A stretch of 64,000 bases of DNA, taken from Klebsormidium nitens (lineage: Eukaryota > Plantae > Klebsormidiophyceae). Below, in pieces: positions 11,801 to 30,000 of the stretch; within the stretch, counting starts at the first letter, position 1; each line of letters begins with the position of its first letter. A program made the translations under genes and the position numbers. The notes beneath the pieces are model-generated. The model had not been told where the DNA came from and did not search any database. It was given only the letters and a program-made list of their open reading frames with translations. The stretch covers positions 62,001 through 126,000 of the forward strand of contig DF237164.1 of the NCBI GenBank assembly GCA_000708835.1. The letters are read 5' to 3'.

Positions 11801-14800
11801 ACCTCCGAGATGTAGTCCGGAGGGGAAGACCTGATCTGTGACTGTAAATGGCATACCCCCAAGTAGCACCAAGATTGTGGCTTGGAAATGGCATAAGTTC
11901 AGTGGTCTCTAGCCTTGGAGACAAGGTGTGTCCATAAATGTTACCTTGGCTTGAGCATGTTTTGGGATCGTTTCCGTTTGTACAGCTTCGTCATTTGCTA
12001 TAGCTTTTGCTTTTATGAAGTGGTACAGACGGAGATAGGCAAGTGAGCACACCGCTTATCGCAGAACAAGAATCACAGTCAGCGTGTTGATCAACACAGC
12101 CGTCTTCTGTGCAGAGCAAAGACGCTGCCGCTCCCGCCGCGACCCGAGTCTCCGAGCATCGCTGAGGTGGGGATCTTTCTGAGCATTGTTCCTTGCGAGA
12201 TTCCTTGTTCTTTAACAAAGATTTGGGCAGGATTTCCCAATTCGCCCGTTTTTGGAAAGAGGCAAAGCGAAGGTTTTAGAATTGTCCAAGAAGCTGTCAG
12301 AAGCTGTCTGAAGAAATGTCCAAAAACCCAATCTTTGCCTGAAGAAAATTTTGATGGAGCAAGGCTACGCGCAAAGCCATTGCCAGTTTTCTCGGACGGT
12401 CCTTCGTTTCACATGATGATACAACGCCCAGACTTTGCCTCACCCCGAGTTCATCCAATACTAGCTCGAGAATTAAGCACCACCCAGTTTGATCTGACAC
12501 AAGCTTTTAAAATATTCCTCCCCACTTTATACAATACAATCCCAATTCTTGCTCCCGCACAAATCAACCAGTACAAGCTCAGCTTTTGCCTCCGCTCAGT
12601 CCTTAATCCACAAGCTCGTTCTCTGTCATCCCAGTTTATCGCCAAGGCCCGCAATGCTGCCGAAGAGGCGGACGGCGGGCCGCGCCGGGGCGACAGCGAA
12701 GGACCGAGCACCTCGGAGAAGGACCGCCCGCGTTTGAGCCGCTTCCGACGGGACCCCGAGGACGAAATGATGCGGGAACGGGAACGCGCGCGGGAGCGCT
12801 CGCGGAGAGACCGGGAGCGGGAACGGGAGAGGTCAGAGAGGGATGCGGACAGGTGGGTCTTCAGGGGTATGTTTTTTGGACCCGAGAATTCTGGATGCGG
12901 GCACGGGGGCCCGAGGTCGGGGTATTGTGGAATATAGGAAGTGTTGATTAATGGTGTATTGGGCTTTTGGAAGTCATCGTGCTGGGATGACAAAGCGAAG
13001 AGAGTTGGAAGTTCTCGAGAGATGGACGACGCCTCCTCTCCTCTGGGTCGCTGCTCCTGTGAAGTTAGAAGACTCGGTTCAAGTTCATAATTGACAGCTT
13101 CTCCCCCTTGGTGCGACGACGTATTGACCAGCCGTTGCGGTTTCGACGATCAGGAAAGAAGTTGTTTGCCCCGTAACAGAACCCCCTGGCTAGGCAAAGT
13201 TAGTCCTTTGTTCCGGAACCACTCTTCTCAAGCCTGTTATTCAATCCCATGATGAGAGAGCTACCGACGAACGACGAATTCTCAAGCCTGTAAGTCAGTG
13301 CCATTGTGAGAGAACTACAGACGAACGCGAATCTGACCGATCAAGATTGGTTGCTTCGCCAACAGGGCTGTGGAGGACCGGGAGAAAGAGTTGGAGGCGT
13401 GGGAGAAAGAACGGGAGCGGGAGCGGCGGCGCGAGAAGGAGCGCGAGAAGGAAGCAGAGAAGGAGCGGAAGGCGCAGGTCAAGGAGGACGAGGAAGGAGA
13501 GCCCGACTCGGAGGAAGGAACTAGGTGCGGACAAATTTTTATGAAGGATCTTTGGAGTTCTTCAGCTGCGTCCCTGACCAAGAGAGAGCTTCAAATTGCC
13601 GGAATGACAAGCAGAGATGCTCACCGCTTTGCAGCGTCTCAAATCTCTGGAATTGGTCATGGGTTGATCGCTGCTGTGGAACGCGAAAGAAGCCGCAGAC
13701 GGCGGGCGCCAGTCTGCTGGGGATGATGCAGAGCAAACGACTCCCTGCAAGGATGTTTGTCTTACACGTTACTAGCTGCATTACCTTCTCGGTCATTTGT
13801 TGAGGTTTGGCAAACCTGCTGACATGTTACAAAATTGAATCCGTTGTTGGCTGACGTCATTTTATGATTGTGCCTCCAGAAAGCGGCGTCGGGAGTCGAG
13901 CGACGAGAAGCGCCGGCGGCTGCAGCGGGAGCGGGAAGAGGACGAGCTGGACCGTCTGCTGGAGGACAAGGAGATCCGCGAGGCCAAGCGCCTGCGCGCG
14001 ATCGAAGAAATCGAGCGGAGCACGTTACGCGAAGAACAGCCGCCCTCCCAAACTGAAACCCATCCCGAGAAACCGGCTCAGTATCCTCCGGTGGATCAGT
14101 CTCGGACGGTTCAGATACCCGTCGCTAACACAGCGTCTCCGAATGCTGACGTCATCGAGTCCCCCGCCCAGAACGGCTTTCCCCGGTTACATTCTGAACC
14201 CCCGGACGAGGCTCCGGGCCCCGGCAGGGGGGTGTCTCCAGCAGCGAGAAAGCCCCCGGTAGCCCCCCCCGGGAAGAAACGCCCGCTGGCGTCCGTGTTT
14301 GGGGGGGAGGAAGAGGAGCACAAGGCGACGCGCGCGCGCCCCCTGGTTCCGATCGAGTACACCCCGGAAGAGTTGGCGGCAGCAAAAGCGGCGGCGGCCG
14401 CGAAAGCATCGGCCGAGGAGCGCGAAAAGGTCGCCCCGATCCAAGCCCCGGTTGCGCGGCAACCGAGCCCGGCCCATCGTCCGGCGTCCCCGGCCCTTCC
14501 CCCCAACTTGGCCGCTGCGGCGGAGTTTGCGAAGAGTCTTGGGAAAGGGGGGGAGGAGAAGCGGAAGAAAGAGGAGGGGCGGCGCGATGTGGAGCGGAGC
14601 CGGGACAAGCGGGGGGTGAAGTTGTTGGATACGAAGCAGCTGATTGACAGCATTCCAAAGACGAAGGCGGAGCTGTTTGCGCACCCGGTGGACTGGGCCA
14701 TCTTCGATTCGGTGAGCCAGCAAGATCCTTCAACTGATCAGCTTCTTTGTTCAAGTATCCATATTGTTCCTTCTTTCTTTTTCTTCGTTGCTCCGTTTTC

Positions 14801-15377
14801 TTATTTGGTTTTCTTATGTAAACGAAGGATTTTGGCTTGTAGCTTGAAATTGTGACCTGAGCGGATCGTAACTTTGACGCTAAATGCTGCCTCGATGCTC
14901 TGCTAGCCTGCTTTCTGCGATGCGTATCTCAGGCGACGTCCTGAGGGAGGCCAACGACTTAGCGCTGTGAAAAGCATCGTTCGATTTGGTTTGTTTGTCC
15001 ACTTCGTTCAACGGTCAACTAAGCAGACTGCACTGTTCGCTGATGTCTCTTGATGTCACTCAGCATCGGTACTTCGAACCCCTTTCTGCTTTACTAAGGA
15101 CCCTCCCCATAAGCCCCTGCCTTTGATGGTGCAGGAGAAGATTCACGAGAAGATGCGGCCTTGGATAGGCAAGAAGATCGCGGAATTTCTGGGGGAGGAA
15201 GAGAGCACGCTGGTAGACTTCATTCTGCAGAGCATGCTCAAGCACGACTCCGCCGAAAAGATGCTCGAGCTGCTAGATCCTCTGCTAGACGAAGAGGCCG
15301 AGTTGTTCGTCCTGAAAATGTGGCGCATGCTCATCTTCGAGCTCAAGCGAGCAGAGCAGGAGATGGTGATCCGATGA
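8877..15377 (+). CDS. RBM25: RNA-binding protein 25 / Snu71-like splicing factor (Pro-rich, RRM, RE/RD-rich, C-terminal PWI), about 775 aa, 9 exons
   Basis: Exons 8877-8997, 10178 (or 10166)-10428, 10886-11020, 11342-11658, 12115-12166, 12635-12852, 13366-13524, 13880-14711, 15135-15377; 2328 nt, in frame. RRM (TMYVGKIAP...KGFGFAEY), RE dipeptide tracts, IPKTKAELFAHPVDW, and the PWI domain (MRPWIGKKIAEFLGEEESTLVDFI...FVLKMWRMLIFE). Confidence 0.92.
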
Positions 15378-16404
15378 GGGAGGCCAGATACGTCAGGAAC
15401 AAATCTGCTTTGAATCAAGCTTCTCTTGATTGAATGTGTCGTTGCCCCGTTCGTTTGACCTACTCGGTTCTTGCTGCCTTGCTTCCCAGGCCTTGGCCAG
15501 CAGCCAACGCCTCTGCTGAACCTCGAGGACATGATCAATCCAAAGACTTTGTGCACCTCAGGCTGCCAACTTGAATCGATGAACCATAAGGCAGGCTCGC
15601 AATTCCGGGTCGACTCCACCTGGCACATACCGTACTATAAGGGCTCTTTGCATATACATATAGCCTTCAATGTCTGCAGCTGAGTCAAATGATGGTGTAC
15701 GCGTTATATACATACATGTGGCCGGCGATTGTACACTGTATACCTATGATGCTCGCGCCACCATATAGGATATAGCTTAGTATATGCTAGCATGGTCACA
15801 TTCCAGCCAGCCCCACATGCTGCGGCCCTGCCGCACATACTTTAGTTGCGCGAGCATCTAAGCGAGGTTCTATAGCGCGGTTGTCAAGGCGATTGTATCA
15901 AACATTCGAATGGCCGCAGGCCAGCTAGCTATAGGCTATTGTTCATGAGAAAGGCTGTACGCAGCCGTTGGCCGCGTTCAAGATTACTCATGCACCTACA
16001 TGCTACACAATAGGAGCCCACTGCCTTTGGGGTATCAGCGTACTTTGATGCGGCATGCTTGAGATCAAGCACAAGACATACCTTTGTGTGTGCATCTGGG
16101 CGTTCAAGTCAAAGCACAAACATATTCAGGCCCTGAGCCAGTGTGCTGACTGCCGATCCACAACAGGGTACGATTACGAAGCATAGCTCTCATGAGCTCT
16201 CAATCGATGAAACCACACAGCAAGGCATGAATTGATGCCCTCGCCTGTGTAACTGGCGGCAAGAACATAGTGCACATGAGGAACTGAAGTCGCACAATCG
16301 TTTGCAAGGGCTGCCATCTCGGCAAGAAGTCTAAGAGTTCGTCACCTATACACAGTTTGCACAGTTGGGTGGTGAAATCTCTGTAGTCAGTCAAAGCTCG
16401 CTAT

Positions 16405-22638
<6,234 letters not shown>

Positions 22639-25600
22639 GTGTAGCATTGAATCTGACCGTTAGCGACAGCCTTGGTTGTTGCAAGACAGACTAATTCTTT
22701 GTGTACTGCTTGCTTCAAATCTTGTACAGAGGGACTGGTTACCATATAAATGATCTGCCTGCATTCCATTACATCATTGGAAACCCAAAGACCTTGGCGC
22801 ATGAATCTGCCGCTCACTTCATTTGAATTGCATTTCTGCTTTAGTTGAGAGACTTCCCATGTAGGGGCATCAACTATTCGAATGCGCTTGGTAATACCTC
22901 CTGAGTCAGCCCTTGTCATGACCCTGGTGCTGATGCTGGAAAAGCCCATTACATGTCATGCAACATACCCTGTGTTCATGAGTAGCTAGCACGCATTGAA
23001 CTCCATTGTTCCGCGGCAGCCTAGTACTGGAATGTCAGCTTCTTGGAGCAACACCGTGTTATAGGCCACAAAGGTGACAAAAAAGACCGCTTCGAATATT
23101 GATGATCTAAATCTTCTTCCGAGCCTCCTTCTTCCGCGGTCACCTTACATGTGCAAAGTTCAGTTTGCCAGGATGTGTATATGCAACACATGTGTGGCCA
23201 TCCAATGGCTTCTTGGCAATCACCTCGATCAGGACGGCGTATATTATAAGTGCTAGCTTGCATGTGGAGCAGCTATACTCTGATTGAACTAGGGAATCAT
23301 GTACACTTTTATATTGCATGCGACTGCATGAGCTACCTAGCTTCTACTATTGCATGCAGCCACGAGCCAGACTCATTAGAAAGGTCATCAAAATAGTAAG
23401 CGTTGAGTCGCATATGGGCCTGAGATCTTGGATGACTAGCTAGTAGCCGCGCAAACCAGCTGAATGAGCTTTGTTGACGTACCTCAACGCGGCTGCTGCG
23501 CCGCCGCACGCTCCATAGGGTCTCAGTTGTAGCTAACAGCTAACAAATCAACCTGGGCATGCCAGGCTCCATGACCGTGAAGCAACTTGCAGACTACTAC
23601 TAAAAGGTTTTGAACTTGTCATGACAATATCACATTTCGCCGCATGGTCGACAACAGTATTGGCTTAAAGCCCTGGCGTATTAGTTCTTCTCACATCATT
23701 TCGTGCAGGGCACGCCCCGCCTGACCAGACCGTGGCCACTGTTGCTCTTCCAATCATCGAATTTAGCATGGTTCCATGCCCTAGAAAAGTAAGCGCCTAG
23801 TAAGTCTCTCCGAGATGAGTCAGACGCATTTGCGCATCCGACCAATATTGTCATCAAGGCTGGAGATCGACAAACCGTCAGATATTCAAGCAACGTTTAC
23901 TACGTATACCGCTCATGCTCCTTGACTCTTCCTCGAAAGACTCGTTCTGCTCCTTGGTTGCGTCCTGAACACGGATGCACTCCTCTATGTTACTTCGAGC
24001 AATCTTTTGTTGTGCTCCCTCCTCAATACAAAGGCGGTCACGGGCGGAAGCCCAATCCGCCGATATAACCTCGCTGAATTTCTGTCAGAGAAAAGGGTAA
24101 CCTCTGAAAAGCAGCAAATGTTCTGACAATCGGATCTCCGAAAGCTTCCCAGCTCCTTGCGGTTTTCAGCCCCGATATCAGAGAGCTTTGTGCAGCATTC
24201 TTGAACTAGGACTCCTTTCTGTGGTACAAAAAGGATCCGTCTGAACAGGATCAAGATGGAAGACATTTCTGGGCACTGGAGGCGCCACGTGGACGCCGCT
24301 GTCAGACGGCGGCGTGCGCACCCCCACCAGCTCTATCAGCTTCAGACGGCTCAAGAGTGTCACGGGGCCAGCTTATGAAGAATTGACAAGCACTTATGAC
24401 ACCCTCGAACTGACAGATCGTGAAAACGTTGACGCATAAAACGGCAAACAAGGATTCGCGGTGGAAAAGTTGCATTTTCAAAAGGAACCGGCAACAGACA
24501 AGAGGGATATGTCCATCCGAAAACAACGCCCACCATCTAGTCGGCTCCGTTGAGGAGAAGTGAAATCTCTCTGCCTGCGAGCTTCTTTCGAAGATTTGGT
24601 TCTTGTTTGCAGAGTTTATCGGAGAATCCCGAAGAAATTTGCCCACGACTGTCTTCTCTTAGGTCTTCTTTTGACTTCTTGATGGACTTACTTTGCTATC
24701 GAACAGAAGGATTACCTTTCTCCTTGCTCGAGCAGATGCGTCCGTCTTCGGAAGAAGGTGCGTTCAACTTGCAAACCACGTGTCTGCAATCTCAAACCCA
24801 GAATCTGAACTTCGCGCGTGTTCGAGCAAACGTGCTTTGCATTTGACAGCTCTGAGAAACTCAAACAACATCATACGGTAATCAGACACGTACACGTAGG
24901 ATTGACAGCACAGGGTAACCGCCTTTGCCGTGACAAATGTATATTTGACGAAAAGGCTCATAGTACAAAGCCTAACAGCCCGGTCAGATGTCCCGACTAA
25001 GGCAACCCGTACGCCCATCCAAAAGGGGAGGATGCACTGGTTTGCGTTCCAACGAGGAGATAAGCGAAGAGCCGGAGAACGTAGTAGCTTGAGGTTTGAC
25101 GGCTCGGACCCGTCCGCGCTCTCGTGTACAATTATTCTGAAAACTTCTTAGTGAGAGGCATTGCGCGGAGTACGTACCTGCTTGGGAAGTACCGGAAACG
25201 GCTGGCACGGCTTTGGAGTCTTTTGTGGAAATCTGCTGGTCCATAAATCGGCCAGAAATCTTCTTTGCATTGGCGGAGCGATGTTTCCAAGTCGCAGCAG
25301 ATTTTAGCTTTCCATAACGCCACGACTTTGCTGCCTACCATCATACCTGGCCGTTCTTTCTAGTACGACCTGCCAGATCACGGTGTCCGATTCCGTTTTG
25401 TTTCCGTATGCATTTCCGTTTCGTTTTTCGTTGCTGCTGCAATTCAATCCGTCCCCGTTCCGATGTTTCCGGTTGTCCAGGACGTTCCCGTGCTCAGCTT
25501 TCCCGGACATTGCTTGATTTGGGGCCGACGTTCTCTGAAATAGTCGTTTGCGCTGCCACGGCCAAGCTCATGATTCTGATCTCGCGCAGCGTCAAATGAA

Positions 25601-26424
25601 AGGAGTCAGTGAAGTCGAGCCAAAATCTGAGCGAGGAAGTGGGGAACCCTTCGATCGGAAGCCAAACGAGCGGCGCAGATGTCGGGAGCCATTTACGGCC
25701 ACAATGCATCAAAGCTTAGCCTCCAAAGTTGATTGTCGGATCATCGACGGGCTGCAGAGACCTGCGGCATAGTGGAGCGACGAACACTTCTAAGGAAGGA
25801 AGAAACAAACCCGGCGCTGACAGTTGCGCCAAATTTACGTCCGAGTGCTCTTCAGATTAGACGGTCGAGAAGGCGGTAAGATGGCGAGCGGACAGAGCTA
25901 ACGGCTCTTACACCGCACGACAGCAGCCAACCAAATCCTTAAGACGTCTCAAAAGTCTGTAGGTTCTGTGGAATATATGCCGGAGGCGCCTTAAATCAAG
26001 GGAGCGTGGTCAACTTCTGGGTTCGTAAGTCCAGAGATGCTTTGACGGCTTAGTCATCATCTACTTATAGGACGAGAAGAGAGGTTTTGTGCATGGACTC
26101 CGTGGATCAAAGACAAAGCAGGTGTTTGACGTTTGGACAGCCGTCTCAACGCGCTGCAGCGCTACATGTCTGCGCAGCAGAGGTTTCAAACCGGCGCTCG
26201 AGCAACGGCAAAGTTGACTCCTTCATGCAGACTCCGTTTGCAAGCTCAGGTGCATGTCAAACTTCGCAACCAACTTTTCCAGCGCTTTCGGGCAGGATCG
26301 CTAGAGGTTGTGTCTTGATTTTGGGCGGCAAACGAGCACTAGTCTGGTACGAGTCTCTGTCAAGGAGGTAAAGCAACGAGCTCGAGAGGCTGAGGGCGAC
26401 TGTTGATCTAGGCTTGCAGCTTAC

Positions 26425-26591
26425 AGGTTTGACCAAACCTCCAATTTGGCGTCTGCATCTGCGTTCGATCGACGACCCCCATAATATAAGCCGTGCACAC
26501 CAAGAGACCTGGCTTCCTTCTCTTTTGTTCCACGATCATTCTTGTTGTACTGGAGAAGCATTTCCTCAAGTGCGTACATGCTTCTGCCCAT
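26425..26591 (-). CDS. Possible first coding exon of an unidentified gene divergent from OOP
   Basis: Open frame MGRSMYALEEMLLQYNKNDRGTKEKEARSLGVHGLYYGGRRSNADADAKLEVWSN ends at a strong donor CT|GTAAGC. No convincing downstream exon was found and no family was recognised. Confidence 0.25.
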
Positions 26592-27028
26592 CAATTCCCT
26601 GTCATGTCCATATTCCTGAGTTTGCCGAAACTGTGGCCGAACCCGGCGATATTGCAAGCTGTCTGTGAAACGAATTGAACGAAGTCTCCAGTTATCAGAA
26701 ACACCTGGCGCGGCCGTTTGTGTTGACAAAAAGCTTAGTGCGGAAACGAGGCGGAAAGAGAAGGCGCGCGAGCAAAGGGGTGGCACAAATTTCGTCGCGC
26801 GCGGCCGGCTGCGGCTGCGGCTGCGGCTATATGGCTCGCGGCCGGCCTGCGTACGGCCGCTTATCCAGGTTCCTTCAGGCTCCAGCCGCAGGATATGAAC
26901 AACGAGAAACGTGGGCTCATCGTGACCGTTCACCTAGGCTCTGCTGAAGATCCACACACAGGCCACAGTTAGCCTAGCGTAAATTGCTTTGAGTTTCATC
27001 GCTTTCAAGTTTCATTTGAAGCTGGATC

Positions 27029-30000
27029 ATGGCGTCTATGGCAGCAACATTCCAGCGCTTGGCTACACGCATCCCCAGCTCTGTCGTAACTTCTGGTGCA
27101 TGTTCCTGCAAGCAGCTTCGTGCCAAGCAGGCAGCATTGTGGACACCCGCAGTTTCCGCTTCACAGAACAGTTCCGCCAAGGGTTTCCTCGCTGAAAATT
27201 CTTCAGCGAAGCAGGGCTTGCCTTTAGGTCAAGTTGGGAAGGGATTTCTCGGCAGAGGCCTTCTGAAGCTTCACGCCGCAGAATCTAGGCACGTTCGGCG
27301 AGCTACCATGAGTGCTGATGCCGGCGTACAGGGCCTGGAGAACAACCCGCTTTTGGCGGACGCCCCTTTTCCTCTGTTTGACCAAGTTGAAGCGAAGGAT
27401 GTGGTGCCGGCAATCAGGAGCCTGTTGAAAGATCTGGTGAGTCGGTCGGACAAACGCTCTGAAAGTTTTCAGTGGAAGCGATGCAAGCAGGATTGTTTAA
27501 ATCAGTATCTGCAAGCAATTGTATCTCTAAATGCAGATAGTTTTCTTAGCAGTGCAAAATCTTGAAAAGCTGCTTTGTAAAATACAGACCTGTCTACCAG
27601 TCCTTTTTGTGTAATATATTGCATACCTTTTCAGCGAGGGTGCTGAGGGAGGGGACTTCATCAAAGCCACCAGCTTGTATATAAGGCATTTGCATGTGTT
27701 ACAAGCTTTGTGACGACACCGGCGCTGAAGGTCCTTAATAGTGAAGAGATAAGGGTTACTGAACCGGCACCAGGATCGCAGCATAGGCCCTGTCTGGACT
27801 CTGTTCATTCAATGATGCTACCTTTGCTACTTAGAGTGAGTCTATTCTGTAGGCAGCCTGACCAGTGTTTTTGAAGCAAGAAGCGTCGGAGGTTTGGTGA
27901 GTACTGTATCGTTCGCCTTCATTTATTTGGCTACTGATTATTTTGACACGTCAAGCCAGCTCACCTGCAGTGTTTTGGGCAATTGCCCTCTCCTCGCAGG
28001 CGCCTCACTAACTTAAGAAGAGCCTTTGTTTCTGAGAGCATGTCCAGTACTTCTTACGAGTTGATCTTCCGGACCTACTAGTTGCAGCTCAAATAGGTCG
28101 ATCACTGGAGTCGGTTCCCCGCTATGTTGTTCAGCAGACAAACTTACGTAAAGTTGGACAGACTATTCTCCGTTTGACTGTAAGCCCCAGATTTTCTGGA
28201 GAGTTCCCCTCCGAGACCCTCTTACATCAGACCAGACCGTTCTTGAGACCAGACCGTTCTTGTGAGTTCCAAAGGACTGAGTAAGAGCAAACTAAGTACT
28301 TGAATAACCTCTCAATTGCAGACGAAGGACCTCGAATCATTGGAGGCGTCTGTGGCGCCTTCCTGGCCTGGCCTGGTAGAGCCTCTGGAGCGGCTGGGGG
28401 ATAAGCTGTCGGTTGCGTGGGGCACCATAAGCCACTTAAAGGCAGTGAAGGACACCAAGGAGCTGCGGGATGCGGTTGAAGAAGTCCAGGTGAGTGTTCA
28501 CCTCTCCGTCAAGCTCATTTTTTCCTTTGTAGCCTGGTTGGTTCTGATGGTTTTTGATGAGAAAGTCTGTAAGGATAGGACTTCCGTTGATTGGTTCACC
28601 TTCCGCTTCCAACACTTGGAACTTGGTGCAGAGTGTCACTTGGACCATACAAGGCCCTCTTTGAACGGGTAGCACTGGTGTCGGCCATTAAAACAAGCTC
28701 GTTGGCTACAATATGAATTTCCGAAATGATGCGTCTCTACTCGCACGTGAAAAAAGGAGAAGTGCAAGGCCGGATGCAAACGCAAAAGCGGGGCCCTGTT
28801 ATGTGATTTCCCTGCTGCAAGCAGAGGACGGCTTCTTGGTGCGAATGTTCTGTACATAGACTTTTCCGTTTCTGTTTTTGGGCTAGTTGCAACCTGCCTT
28901 ATGGAAGGGTCTATGACCTTCTTGGGGCCCTGTAACAGGTCCTGTTGTATCTCCTAGAGCCAGTATGAGTGGCAATTATCGTCCGAGTTGGGCCCTATCA
29001 AGCTCATCAACAACGGGCCTTGTTTAGAGGGTTCTTGCTTTTTCTGCAGCCAAAACGAGTTGCGCTCTCGCTCCGATTGGCTAGAGCAAACCCGCTGTGA
29101 CGCTCAGAGAGCCCTTCCGTCCTTCATAACTCTTTGCAAGGTGGATGTGTTGTCACCTTAACTGACTATAACGGGCCTTGTTCAATGGTTGGTTGCTCTT
29201 TTTGCTCTCTTTGGCGTTGAACCTGCGGGGTTGGTTAGAACAAGCTCATCGACGAAGCATAAGTCGCTCTACTTACCTGGGGCTTTGTTCAGAAGCTTCC
29301 AACATTTTTGCAGCCGGAACGAGTGGCGTTCTTCCTGCCAGATGGGCCGCAACAAGCCCATCTCGTGCAGGAGCCTTCTGGTTTATCCCTTCATCTTGCA
29401 AGCCAGAGAAGTTATTTCTGATCCGAACATGAATTCACTCTGACGCGTGATTCTTGGATTAAGAGGCCGTATTCACAGGTTTTTCTCCCTCTTCGCAGCC
29501 GGAACGAGTCGCCTTCTTCTTGCGGGTCATCCAGAGCAAGCCAACCTGCGGGGCCCGCTGGGCTCTTTCAATGCTTTCCTTTCTTTTCGCCGCCAGAGGA
29601 AACTACTCTGAACTTCGCTTCATTAACTTCTGTCTCTAAAACTCCTAATTCAAGGGCCTCGTTGCTCCCCTTTGCAGCCGGAACGAGTGGCGTTCTCCCT
29701 GCGGGTGCGCCAGAGCAAGCCCATCTACGAGGCCTACCGGGCCCTTCCCTCCTCATTCTTTCTTTGAGAAGCCAAAAATCTTACTACACTAAAAGGGGCC
29801 CTGTTTTTAGGAGTGTCGCTCTCTTTGCAGCCGGAACGAGTGGCATTCTCCCTGCGGGTCGGGCAGAGCAAGCCCATCTACGAGGCCTACCGGGCCCTCC
29901 GGGACGGCCCCGAGTGGGAGTCCCTTTCGGAGGCGCAGCAGCGGATCGTGGAGGCGGAATTGAGAGAAGCCACGCTGAGCGGGGTGGCCCTGGAAGGGAA

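Noticed and set aside
14111-14754. Several long antisense ORFs (178-200 aa) over RBM25 exon 8
   Set aside because: GC-rich low-complexity coding sequence lacks stops on the opposite strand; no independent support.
26190-26235. Minus-strand peptide HEGVNFAVARA resembling GDSL-lipase block II
   Set aside because: Flanked by stops, and no other GDSL blocks were found nearby.
29270-29282. ctacttacctgg resembling the U1 snRNA 5' end
   Set aside because: The following sequence does not continue as U1 (no stem-loops or Sm site seen); a short chance match.
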